Shown here: in pieces, positions 1-7,873 of the stretch
Position numbering within the stretch: position 1 is the first letter of the stretch
Layout: every line of letters starts with the position of its first letter
DNA from: Thermoplasmatales archaeon
GTDB lineage: Archaea > Thermoplasmatota > E2 > UBA202 > JdFR-43
Direction of reading: 5' to 3'
Length of the DNA: 24,000 nt
Assembly (NCBI GenBank): GCA_011052825.1
Contig: DRIF01000024.1
Location: 849-24,848 of the forward strand
Notes under the pieces: generated by a model
What the model was told of the DNA's origin: nothing
The model's input: the letters and a program-made list of their open reading frames with translations, nothing else
The model's database searches: none
Position numbers and translations under genes: made by a program

Positions 1-1
1 A

Positions 2-379
2 GAGGAAAATCTAACTCCGAATGGTTACGATTTGACAATAAAAGAAATACTTATTGATGGAAAAACAGTCAGGAAAGCTTCGATTCCTCCAATGACATGG
101 TTTGCAGTATCAACTGAAGAATACATCAAATTAAAAACAATCACCGCTCAACTCTGGCTACGCTCTACATATGCAAGAAAAGGAATAATATCTTCATTTG
201 GAAAAGTTGATGCAGGATTTGAGGGATGCTTGACCATATCATGCTTCAATACCCATAAAGAGATTGAACTGAAGAGCGGAGATAAATTGTGCCAGATAGT
301 TTTTGAAAGGCTGTCTTCTCCACCAGCTAAATACTATGATGGAAAATATAAAGGTCATAAAAATGTGAAGCTTGAATAA
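2..379 (+). CDS. dUTPase / dCTP deaminase superfamily protein (5' end cut by window edge)
   Basis: The reading frame is open from position 2 (EENLTPNGYDLTIKE...). The track 'start' at 32 is an internal TTG. Family motifs are present: NGYDL, GKVDAGFEGCLTISCFN (the GxxDxGFxG..T pattern of the trimeric dUTPase fold), and QIVFERL...YDGKYKGH near the C-terminus. I cannot separate Dut from Dcd activity by eye. Confidence 0.7.
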   Translation, partial: EENLTPNGYDLTIKEILIDGKTVRKASIPPMTWFAVSTEEYIKLKTITAQLWLRSTYARKGIISSFGKVDAGFEGCLTISCFNTHKEIELKSGDKLCQIVFERLSSPPAKYYDGKYKGHKNVKLE

Positions 380-384
380 TTTTG

Positions 385-2157
385 TTATAGGGAGAAAATC
401 CATGCACCAATTTTATCTTCATAGAATTCTTTACTATAATACATGACAGCTTTTATTTCATGCTTTCCAATCAATTTTTCTATATGCCATTTAAATGGAG
501 GACTGGTATCATTAAATTTTAGTTCATTATCAACATAAAATTCCACTCTCTCATAATTTCCTTTTACAACAACATCCATTCCGCCAATTATCACAGTTTT
601 TTTGTTCTTCAAATTCAAAATCTCTTTTCCCATTACATATAAATACCCTTCTTTTGGTTTTGATATCCCTCCTATCCTTATATGCATTACAGGAGATTTC
701 CACCATAAATTCCCTTTTATAATCTCCTCTCCGTCTGCAGTAGATAAAATCTCTGTATAATTTTCATCTGTTCTCTCCTTCACAATGCGCAAAAATGAAT
801 CACCATATACATCTGGGGCAACTATTTCTTTATATACTCCATCAACTCTTGCAAAAGCTTGTATGTATATTTCATTAGCGTTTTCTGGAATTTTTATTTC
901 CTCCTCCCATATTTTTCCATCCCAGTATGTTCCTCCTCTATATTCTCCTTCATAGTCATTATGAATTTCTCCTTTAGTTGCATTTGAAAAATTCTTGCAA
1001 AAAGAATAAGTTATGTAAGTTTCATCTACAGCCAAACATCCATAAACCTGCCATTCAACTTTTATGCTATCTGATGCAAATGAATTGTTCTCGGGGTAAA
1101 TCCATCTTATATATGGCTGTGCCAAATCTGTTTGATGCAGAACAAATCTTATTACTTCTGATATATATCCATTTTTTTCGTCTCCAAACTGCCATTCAGG
1201 AGGATCTTTAATTCTGGACATTTCAGGAGAAACCCACATAATCCCGCATCCATCATAATTCCCAAAAATTTCATCATTCACAAATTCATCTTCAGATGGA
1301 TTTTTAACAACATTTCCTCCATATCCCCAGTCTGCCAGACAGCCGGGCGCCATATATCCAATAGTTGAGGGGATTGTTCCTATGTTGCTTTCCTCCAATT
1401 TTCCCCCAAAGTCTCCCATATATTCGCCAACTCTCAAACAGGTAGTGTGGTAAAAATAAAAATCAGGAGGGGCATAATCATATTTTTTTCCACTGAAAGG
1501 GCTTTTTGCTTCAATATTTTCATGGGTAGATGCCCAAGGATACAGCAACATTCTTGTTCCTCCATGAAAATCTGTTGCAATTCTTATTGCATGGTCATTT
1601 ATGAAACTGTACAATAATTTTCCATTCACACTTCCCCATAATTCTGAGTTATATCCCTGCCAGTTATAATCTGCCTCTCTATTCAAATCCCATTCATTAT
1701 AATCCCATCTCTGGCGATTGTCAAAGCCATAAGGATTGTGACTTACTTCAATGTATATCTCTCTGTTGTCAACAAGCCATTTAATCCATTTATCTCCCTC
1801 ATCAATTTTTTCCATAAACCATTTTACAGTCCAGTATAAGCCAATTGTTCCAACTGTCTCGTCCCCATGCGGGGAGCCAATAAACAAAACTTCTGGTTTA
1901 TGAAATCCATTACTCTCGTTTGTAATGCGAACATAATATGCATCATATCCTCCATCAATTTTTCCAAATCCATATATCTCATTCGCTTTAAAAATTTCAA
2001 TATATTGAGGATAATTTTTTTCAAGGTTGCGATACCATGAAACTAACTCACTATAACTGGAAGGTTTTTTCTCCTCCATTAAACCTTTTGAAGGAATAAC
2101 TGAACTGAATAAATTTAAAATTGTAAATAAAATCAGCAAAACAACAATTTTTTTCAT
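385..2157 (-). CDS. Secreted zinc carboxypeptidase, peptidase family M14, with long beta-rich C-terminal extension
   Basis: ATG start followed by a signal-like N-terminus (MKKIVVLLILFTILNLFSS). The M14 zinc motif HxxE is present in GSPHGDETVG, a second zinc-ligand context in TDFHGG, and an acidic catalytic context in VSPEMS. About 250 aa after the catalytic domain look like Ig/beta-sandwich modules. Confidence 0.8.
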   Translation of the reverse strand: MKKIVVLLILFTILNLFSSVIPSKGLMEEKKPSSYSELVSWYRNLEKNYPQYIEIFKANEIYGFGKIDGGYDAYYVRITNESNGFHKPEVLFIGSPHGDETVGTIGLYWTVKWFMEKIDEGDKWIKWLVDNREIYIEVSHNPYGFDNRQRWDYNEWDLNREADYNWQGYNSELWGSVNGKLLYSFINDHAIRIATDFHGGTRMLLYPWASTHENIEAKSPFSGKKYDYAPPDFYFYHTTCLRVGEYMGDFGGKLEESNIGTIPSTIGYMAPGCLADWGYGGNVVKNPSEDEFVNDEIFGNYDGCGIMWVSPEMSRIKDPPEWQFGDEKNGYISEVIRFVLHQTDLAQPYIRWIYPENNSFASDSIKVEWQVYGCLAVDETYITYSFCKNFSNATKGEIHNDYEGEYRGGTYWDGKIWEEEIKIPENANEIYIQAFARVDGVYKEIVAPDVYGDSFLRIVKERTDENYTEILSTADGEEIIKGNLWWKSPVMHIRIGGISKPKEGYLYVMGKEILNLKNKKTVIIGGMDVVVKGNYERVEFYVDNELKFNDTSPPFKWHIEKLIGKHEIKAVMYYSKEFYEDKIGAWIFSL

Positions 2158-2259
2158 GAAGGTAAATGATTATGTTCCATAAAATTTTTTCTCTTGCATT
2201 ATTGAAAAGCGATAAAAATCATCATGAACTGGCTAAATCCATTCACTTCTACAGGAGAA

Positions 2260-3663
2260 TCAATGTATTTTTAAATCATTCCATGTTAATATGGCATTTC
2301 TCACAGCCATCACTTCATTAACCCTCCTTACAGGCATGTTATGTGGAGAATTTTTTAAAATTTCTTCATCTTCATGCAATATTTTTTTCATGGTATCTGC
2401 AAATTCATCAAGCGTTTTTTTGCTTTCATCTTCAGTTGGTTCTATCATAAATGCTTCCTCAACAATCAATGGAAAATATATTGTGGGGGGATGAAATCCA
2501 TAATCAAGCAATCTTTTTGCAACATCAATAGCTTTTATACCTCTTTCCCTCAATTTTGATAAAGAGAGAACAAACTCATGCATTCTTCTTCCATAAAAAG
2601 GCACTTCATATCCTGCATTTCTAAGCTTTTCCATTAAATAATTTGAATTTAAAACCGCTCTTTCTGTTATCTTCTCAAGTTCTCTCCCTTTCAAAAGTAT
2701 ATATGCATATGCTTTTAGTAAAACCGAAAAGTTACCATAAAAATTGCTTATTTTCCCAATTGAATATGGTCTGTTATAATCAAAAAAATAATCCCCATTT
2801 TTTTTACAAACTCTTGGAACAGGCAGAAATTTCTCCAGATATTTTTTCACTCCAACTGGACCAGCCCCAGGTCCTCCTCCTCCATGAGGCGTGGCAAAAG
2901 TTTTGTGAAGATTGAGGTGAACTATATCAAAACCCATTATGCCAGGATTTGTTTTTCCGAGTATAGCGTTCATGTTCGCTCCATCATAGTAAAGAATTGC
3001 CCCCGCTTTTTTCATTTCTTCTGCAATATCAATTATCTCCTCTTCAAAAATGCCGAGTGTATTTGGATTTGTAAGCATGAATGCTGCAGTTTTCTCACTT
3101 ATTGCATTTTTCAGTGCATTCATATCAACCTTGCCATTTTTTGAGGGAATTTCAGTGACTTCAAAGCCAGCCATTTTTGCTGATGCAGGATTTGTTCCAT
3201 GAGCTGAATCGGGAATTATCACTTCTTTTCTTTCTTCTCCTATGCTTTCAAAATAAGCTTTTGCGATAAGCATTCCTGTAAGTTCTCCATGCGCTCCTGC
3301 ACATGGTTGAAGAGAAAATGCATCCATTCCAGTTATTGAACATAGCATTTTTTCAAGTTCATAAATTATATGCAGGCATCCCTGAACACTTTTTTCATTC
3401 TGCAATGGATGAACATAATTAATTTTATCATTTTTTACTACCTTTTCCATCAATTTATAATTATATTTCATTGTGCATGAGCCGAGGGGATAAAATCCAG
3501 TATCAACTCCATAATTCATCTGGCTTAAATGTATGAAATGTTTCACAACCTCTCTTTCATTAAGATTTGGTATATTCAGTTTCTCTCTCTCGACTTCAAA
3601 AATTTTATCATCATCTCTCTTCTCAATTTCATTTAGCAGTGGTTCATCATATTTTGCCATCAT
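2260..3663 (-). CDS. gcvPB: Glycine dehydrogenase (decarboxylating) subunit 2 (P-protein beta)
   Basis: Full-length match to the GcvPB pattern: GSCTMKYN, a PLP-lysine region HLNLHKTFATPHGGGGPG, and PTIYFPLIV. Its start overlaps the upstream gcvPA stop as ATGA (3660-3663). Confidence 0.92.
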   Translation of the reverse strand: MMAKYDEPLLNEIEKRDDDKIFEVEREKLNIPNLNEREVVKHFIHLSQMNYGVDTGFYPLGSCTMKYNYKLMEKVVKNDKINYVHPLQNEKSVQGCLHIIYELEKMLCSITGMDAFSLQPCAGAHGELTGMLIAKAYFESIGEERKEVIIPDSAHGTNPASAKMAGFEVTEIPSKNGKVDMNALKNAISEKTAAFMLTNPNTLGIFEEEIIDIAEEMKKAGAILYYDGANMNAILGKTNPGIMGFDIVHLNLHKTFATPHGGGGPGAGPVGVKKYLEKFLPVPRVCKKNGDYFFDYNRPYSIGKISNFYGNFSVLLKAYAYILLKGRELEKITERAVLNSNYLMEKLRNAGYEVPFYGRRMHEFVLSLSKLRERGIKAIDVAKRLLDYGFHPPTIYFPLIVEEAFMIEPTEDESKKTLDEFADTMKKILHEDEEILKNSPHNMPVRRVNEVMAVRNAILTWNDLKIH

Positions 3664-4955
3664 TGAATCTCCTCCATCACATCTTTTATTTTTTCAACTG
3701 CATAATCAATTATTTCTTTAGAATGCATTTCTGTAACTCCAAATAATATTCCATTTTTTAAATATTCATTTACTGGTAAACCTCCCTGAATATTTTTCTC
3801 AAAGAGTTTTTCATTCAGTTTCTTTCCATCTATATTTCCCACAACCACAAATTCGTTGAAGAATTTTGAATTAAAAGGAAGGCGAAAACCAATTTTTTGT
3901 AGTCTATCTGCCATATATTTTGCATTTTTCATATTTTCAATTGCCACCCTTTGCAAACCATTTCTTCCCATAATTGAAACATAAGCCAAAAATGCAATAC
4001 AGCATAATGCCTGATTTGAACATATGTTGCTTGTTGCCTTTCCCCTCCTTATGTGCTGTTCTCTCGTTTGCAAAGTCATGCAGAAAGCTCTCTTGCCATT
4101 TATGTCAGTAGTGGCACCAACTATTTTGCCAGGCATCTGACGAATGAACTCTTTTTTACATGCAAATATTCCAAGGGATGGCCCTCCAAAGTTCATATAG
4201 TTGCCGAGATATCCCTCTCCAATTACAATGTCTGCCCCATAATAAGAAGGAGGATTGAATATTGAAAGGTAGAGAGGATCAACTCCAACAATTAGTATTG
4301 CATCCATATTTTCCTTCATTTCCTCAATTTCATCATACCTATCATCAATTATTCCAAAAAAATTTGGATTTTCAATATATATTCCAGCAACATCTTTTTC
4401 ATTTATATCTGTTTTTATTTTTCCATCCTCTCCATATTCTACCTCAACAATTTTAAGATTTGCTCCTTTTGCATAGTTATATAAAACACTCTTTTTATGC
4501 CAGAAAACATTTTTTGGAATCAAAATTTTATTTCTTTTCTTTATTCTGCACGCCATTAAAGAAGCTTCTCCTAAGGCGGTGGAAGAATCATACATTGAGA
4601 CATTTGAAGCATCCATTCCTGTCAACTCACAAATAATAGATTGATACTCAAACATTGCCTGAAGAATTCCCTGAGATGCTTCTGGCTGGTATGGTGTGTA
4701 TGATGTGTAAAATTCCTGTCTTCCAACTATCTCATCAACTGCTGGAGGAACATAATGAGGTTTTATTATTGGGAGGAAGGAGGGCATTTCAAAAAAAGAT
4801 TTATTCATATTCAGTATTTTTTTTATCTTCATCTCAACTTCTCTCTCATTTTTTCCGTCAGGTAAATTCAAGCCAGCTATCCTTATTTTTTCAGGAATAA
4901 TACTGAAAAGATTCTCAATACTTTTCACTCCAATATAATCAAGTATTTCGTCCAT
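3660..4955 (-). CDS. gcvPA: Glycine dehydrogenase (decarboxylating) subunit 1 (P-protein alpha)
   Basis: Typical GcvPA motifs: FYTSYTPYQPEASQGILQAMFEYQS, MYDSSTALGEA and TREQHIRRGKATSNICSNQAL. The 4-nt overlap with gcvPB indicates translational coupling. Confidence 0.92.
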   Translation of the reverse strand: MDEILDYIGVKSIENLFSIIPEKIRIAGLNLPDGKNEREVEMKIKKILNMNKSFFEMPSFLPIIKPHYVPPAVDEIVGRQEFYTSYTPYQPEASQGILQAMFEYQSIICELTGMDASNVSMYDSSTALGEASLMACRIKKRNKILIPKNVFWHKKSVLYNYAKGANLKIVEVEYGEDGKIKTDINEKDVAGIYIENPNFFGIIDDRYDEIEEMKENMDAILIVGVDPLYLSIFNPPSYYGADIVIGEGYLGNYMNFGGPSLGIFACKKEFIRQMPGKIVGATTDINGKRAFCMTLQTREQHIRRGKATSNICSNQALCCIAFLAYVSIMGRNGLQRVAIENMKNAKYMADRLQKIGFRLPFNSKFFNEFVVVGNIDGKKLNEKLFEKNIQGGLPVNEYLKNGILFGVTEMHSKEIIDYAVEKIKDVMEEIQ

Positions 4956-4979
4956 CTTTCGTTATATGTGGATTTTATA
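4956..4979 (-). promoter_or_regulatory. Putative TATA box / promoter for gcvPA-gcvPB, probably giving a leaderless or near-leaderless mRNA
   Basis: The minus strand reads TAA-TATAAAATCCACATATAACGAAAG-ATG. The TATAAAAT element begins 24 nt upstream of the gcvPA ATG, and there is no SD-like sequence. Confidence 0.4.
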
Positions 4980-6338
4980 TTAAATTTTGTGGTGTTTCTT
5001 GCCTATAACATATGCCATTAGGATTGACATAAATATTAAAAATATTTCAAATCCAGGCGTTTTATCTTTTTTATTATCAACATTTATTTTTACTGAATAA
5101 ATTTGGGAATATTCATATCCATCGTATGCTCTTGCCATTACAAAATATTCTCCATTTGTAATCTTTTTTGTATCAAATTCATAATTCCAGGATTTGGTTC
5201 CATTAACTTCAATCCAACTTGAATTCCCAATTTTTATCTCAACTTTTTTTACAGAGCCATCAGAATCATTTGCCTTCCCACTTATAACAATTTTTCCAGA
5301 AACTGTTGAATTGTTAGATGGGGTTAATATAATTACATTCGGGATTTTATTTATGCCTATCTCAACCTTTTTTGCAAGAGGATAATTATCTTTGATATCT
5401 CCACAAGAAATTGAATATGGTTTATCTATTATGCCATTGCTGTCGTTATCGTAAGCTCCTTCTGATGGCTCATCAAAATCACTCCAGTAGTTTCCATATT
5501 CTCCATTATCCCAGTAATTGTTTTTTTTGTCACATGGCTTTTTTTTATTTTCTATAAAATTGTTTAGAAATATTTTGTTATCATTTGAGTTGGATATTTT
5601 TATTCCTTCTCCTCTATTTTCTCTAAATGTGCAGTAAGATATTTCATTTGAATCACTTGAACAGCATATTGAAATTCCTCCTCCATTTTCATATATACTG
5701 CAATTGGATATGCTGTTGTATCTGTTGGAAGATTGTATCCATATTCCATAATATCCATTTGAATATATTCTGCAACGTGAAATTTTATTATATTTACTAC
5801 CGATATGTAGCCATATACCAGCATCATTGTTTGAATATATACTGCAATTTGATATGAGATTGTATGAGGAACGCTCCATGGATATTCCATCAAAATTTTT
5901 CGTGATTATGCAGTTTAATATTTCATTGTGAGCAGAATGAATTTTAATTCCAGCACTTGGCATTCTTCCCCCACTCCTCTGTATCGTTAAATTTTTAAGA
6001 ACAACATAATCCGAAATTATCTCCACAACGCTCTCATTTTTCCCTCCATCTATTATTACGTTTTCCTTACTTTCTCCAATAATACTCAGCTTTTTGTCTA
6101 TAACAATATTTTCATAGTATATACCACTATAAACAAAAATTGTGTCTCCATTTATTGCATCATTAATTGCCTCCTGTATTTTTGAATAATTGTTTTCTCC
6201 GCTCCCTCCAACACAAAGTTTTTTTGGAGATGAAATTTTTGAAATTTCTTCTCCATATGAAACTATTTCTGCAAAAATAAGTATGATGATCAAGAATATT
6301 AGCACAATTGGAATGTAATTTCTTTTCCTCATTTTCAT
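4980..6338 (-). CDS. Cell-surface right-handed parallel beta-helix (PbH1/NosD-like) protein with Ig-like domain and PGF-CTERM archaeal sorting signal
   Basis: I moved the start to ATG 6338 (MKMRKRNYIPIVLIFLIIILIF, a signal/anchor). The track start at 6392 is a TTG only 4 bp from the divergent gene. The protein has tandem ~23-24 aa PbH1 repeats (NCSIYSNNDAGIWL / RCRIYSNGYYGIWI / NCSIYENGGGISI ...) and many NxS/T sequons. The C-terminus is KTPGFEIFLIFMSILMAYVIGKKHHKI, i.e. PGF + TM + basic tail (4983-5057). Confidence 0.78.
   Translation of the reverse strand: MKMRKRNYIPIVLIFLIIILIFAEIVSYGEEISKISSPKKLCVGGSGENNYSKIQEAINDAINGDTIFVYSGIYYENIVIDKKLSIIGESKENVIIDGGKNESVVEIISDYVVLKNLTIQRSGGRMPSAGIKIHSAHNEILNCIITKNFDGISMERSSYNLISNCSIYSNNDAGIWLHIGSKYNKISRCRIYSNGYYGIWIQSSNRYNSISNCSIYENGGGISICCSSDSNEISYCTFRENRGEGIKISNSNDNKIFLNNFIENKKKPCDKKNNYWDNGEYGNYWSDFDEPSEGAYDNDSNGIIDKPYSISCGDIKDNYPLAKKVEIGINKIPNVIILTPSNNSTVSGKIVISGKANDSDGSVKKVEIKIGNSSWIEVNGTKSWNYEFDTKKITNGEYFVMARAYDGYEYSQIYSVKINVDNKKDKTPGFEIFLIFMSILMAYVIGKKHHKI
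5546..5925 (-). repeat. Intragenic imperfect tandem repeats encoding the beta-helix coils (about 72 bp per coil; strongest DNA identity at a 144-bp offset)
   Basis: For example, 5691-5722 and 5835-5866 share atatatactgcaatt[g/t]gatatg...ttgtat. This corresponds to the repeated NCSIY...IS coils and explains the spurious alternate-frame ORFs at 5600-5893. Confidence 0.7.
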
Positions 6339-6396
6339 CAAAGTATAATAATTTGGATGCTTATATACCTTTATAGGATAAACAAAAAGCAATTAA
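6339..6396. promoter_or_regulatory. Short divergent promoter region between the beta-helix gene and the membrane-protein/purS-purL gene string
   Basis: The 58-bp spacer contains cttatatacctttatagg, with TATA-like elements readable on both strands, each ~25-35 nt from the respective ATG (6338 minus, 6397 plus). Confidence 0.4.
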
Positions 6397-7116
6397 ATGA
6401 CCAGAACATTTGCTAATGTGGAACTCAATACTTTGTTGCTTCCTCTCGGCATAATACCTGCAATTTTTTTGCTTTACATACTTATAGGAGGGTATGAGGG
6501 AAAATTTCAGGAGAGATATATTTTCATAATATTTATTGCTGGAATTTTTCTTGGTGGGATAATATATCTTATAGAAGGAATGGTTATGTATCCAATTATT
6601 TCTGAAGAAAATATTTATCTGGATACCATCCTTTTCTTCTCCTTTATATTCTCTTTTCTTGAGCAGACTGTAAAGCTTGCTATTCTCAATCTAAAAAAAT
6701 TTTATGATGAGGGCCTTCCATTATATGGAGCTTCTTTTGGAATGGGTTTTTCCTCCTCTTTTGCAACTCTAATATTTGGAGTTAATTTGAATATAAGCAT
6801 GGAAAATTTGGCTTTGATTATAATTCCGATTTCATCAATATTCATTAATTGCTCTCTTGGAATTTTAATTGGCACCGGCGTTAAAAGAAACTCAAGAAAA
6901 AAATATTTTTTTATATCGATGCTTGTGGGCATGATTTTATGGATTTCACTAATAATTTCAATATCTTATTCCTTAACAAATAGAATCGTTTCCTCAATAA
7001 CTTCATTATTTGCATTCATTTTCTCATTTTTATTTTTGTATATTGTTTACAAGGAACATCTTCCATATGCCATGAAGAGCAGAAGAGAACTGAGAAAATC
7101 TTATAAAAATTTATAA
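6397..7116 (+). CDS. Polytopic membrane protein, possibly a divergent PrsW-like (intramembrane protease family) protein
   Basis: About 7 hydrophobic segments. There is loose resemblance to my recollection of PrsW motifs: FLEQTVKLAIL (the EExxK position, here EQxxK) and FGMGFSSSF (the GxGF position). No conserved His is evident in the last motif position. The family call is weak. Confidence 0.35.
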   Translation: MTRTFANVELNTLLLPLGIIPAIFLLYILIGGYEGKFQERYIFIIFIAGIFLGGIIYLIEGMVMYPIISEENIYLDTILFFSFIFSFLEQTVKLAILNLKKFYDEGLPLYGASFGMGFSSSFATLIFGVNLNISMENLALIIIPISSIFINCSLGILIGTGVKRNSRKKYFFISMLVGMILWISLIISISYSLTNRIVSSITSLFAFIFSFLFLYIVYKEHLPYAMKSRRELRKSYKNL

Positions 7117-7139
7117 AGGGATAAAAAATAACTCCTTAG

Positions 7140-7619
7140 ATGAAACAAAAAAATTTACTTAGGATTATAGTCATTATATCAATAATATACTTCATATGGC
7201 TTTTCATTGATGCACTAAATGAAGTTATGAATGGAACTAAATTGCTTCTATCTTTAAAAACATGGAGCATAATTGGAGTGGTGATTTACATAGTTTTTTT
7301 AGTGGTGGAGATAATTTTATATTTTGCAACTCCTCAGGAAAAAATAAAAGAAATAAAACTGGTTTCACCTGCACTTAAAAAAATTGTATGTAGTAATTGC
7401 AAAACAACCTTTACAATATCTGATGATGGCATAAGACCAGTTTACTATGCGTGCCCCAACTGTGGGAAAGAAGGAGTGATAAAAGGAAAAAAGATTGAAG
7501 GGATTAGCAAATTGATTACGTGTTCAAATTGTGACAAAATATTTGAAATAATTGATACTGGAGATAGACCATTAACCTATGAATGTCCCTCCTGTCATTT
7601 TAGAGGAGATGTATCATAA
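7140..7619 (+). CDS. Membrane-anchored protein with two tandem CxxC...CxxC zinc-ribbon modules
   Basis: Two N-terminal TM helices (IIVIISIIYFIWLFI and IIGVVIYIVFLVVEIILYF) are followed by an internal duplication: IVCSNCKTTFTISDDGIRPVYYACPNCGKEG and ITCSNCDKIFEIIDTGDRPLTYECPSCHFRG (7389-7595). The stop TAA shares its last A with the purS ATG (TAATG at 7617-7621). Confidence 0.6.
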   Translation: MKQKNLLRIIVIISIIYFIWLFIDALNEVMNGTKLLLSLKTWSIIGVVIYIVFLVVEIILYFATPQEKIKEIKLVSPALKKIVCSNCKTTFTISDDGIRPVYYACPNCGKEGVIKGKKIEGISKLITCSNCDKIFEIIDTGDRPLTYECPSCHFRGDVS

Positions 7620-7873
7620 TGCTCAAGGCAAAAATAGATATACGTCTTAAGAGAGGAATAGTTGACCCTGAAGGTAAGAATATAACAAAAGCTTTGAATT
7701 TACTTCATTTTAAGGAGGTTAAAAAGGTTAAGGTTGTAAAATCAATTGAAGTTTTCATTGATGAAGAAGATAAAGATAGAGCAAGGGAAAGAGTTGAGGA
7801 AATGTGTAAAAAATTATTAACCAACCCTGTAATACATGATTATTCTATAGAGATAGAAGATGTCCATGAATGA
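7619..7873 (+). CDS. purS: Phosphoribosylformylglycinamidine synthase subunit PurS
   Basis: The size (84 aa) and sequence (RGIVDPEGKNITKAL...VKKVKVVKSIEVFIDEED...KLLTNPVIHDYSIEI) are typical of PurS. The gene overlaps the start of purL. Confidence 0.85.
   Translation: MLKAKIDIRLKRGIVDPEGKNITKALNLLHFKEVKKVKVVKSIEVFIDEEDKDRARERVEEMCKKLLTNPVIHDYSIEIEDVHE

Noticed and set aside
2158-2259. A C-box-like ATGATGA on the minus strand in the gcvPB-M14 spacer, suggesting a C/D box sRNA
   Set aside because: There is no D box (CTGA) at an appropriate distance and no C'/D' pair. The spacer is better explained as T-tract termination after gcvPB plus the TATA region for the M14 gene.
4956-4979. Possibility of a glycine-responsive riboswitch upstream of gcvPA/gcvPB
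   Set aside because: Only 24 bp separate the upstream stop from the gcvPA ATG. That is far too short for a riboswitch aptamer, and the space is occupied by a TATA-like element.
5600-5893. 97-aa same-strand alternate-frame ORF and 76-aa antisense ORF inside the beta-helix gene
   Set aside because: They coincide with the ~72/144-bp DNA periodicity of the PbH1 coils, so the open frames are a by-product of repetition. The main frame gives a coherent beta-helix protein.
6339-6392. 18-aa N-terminal extension of the beta-helix protein (track start TTG 6392: MLFVYPIKVYKHPNYYTL)
   Set aside because: It uses a TTG start 4 bp from the divergent ATG, which would eliminate all promoter space. ATG 6338 immediately precedes a canonical basic-plus-hydrophobic signal.
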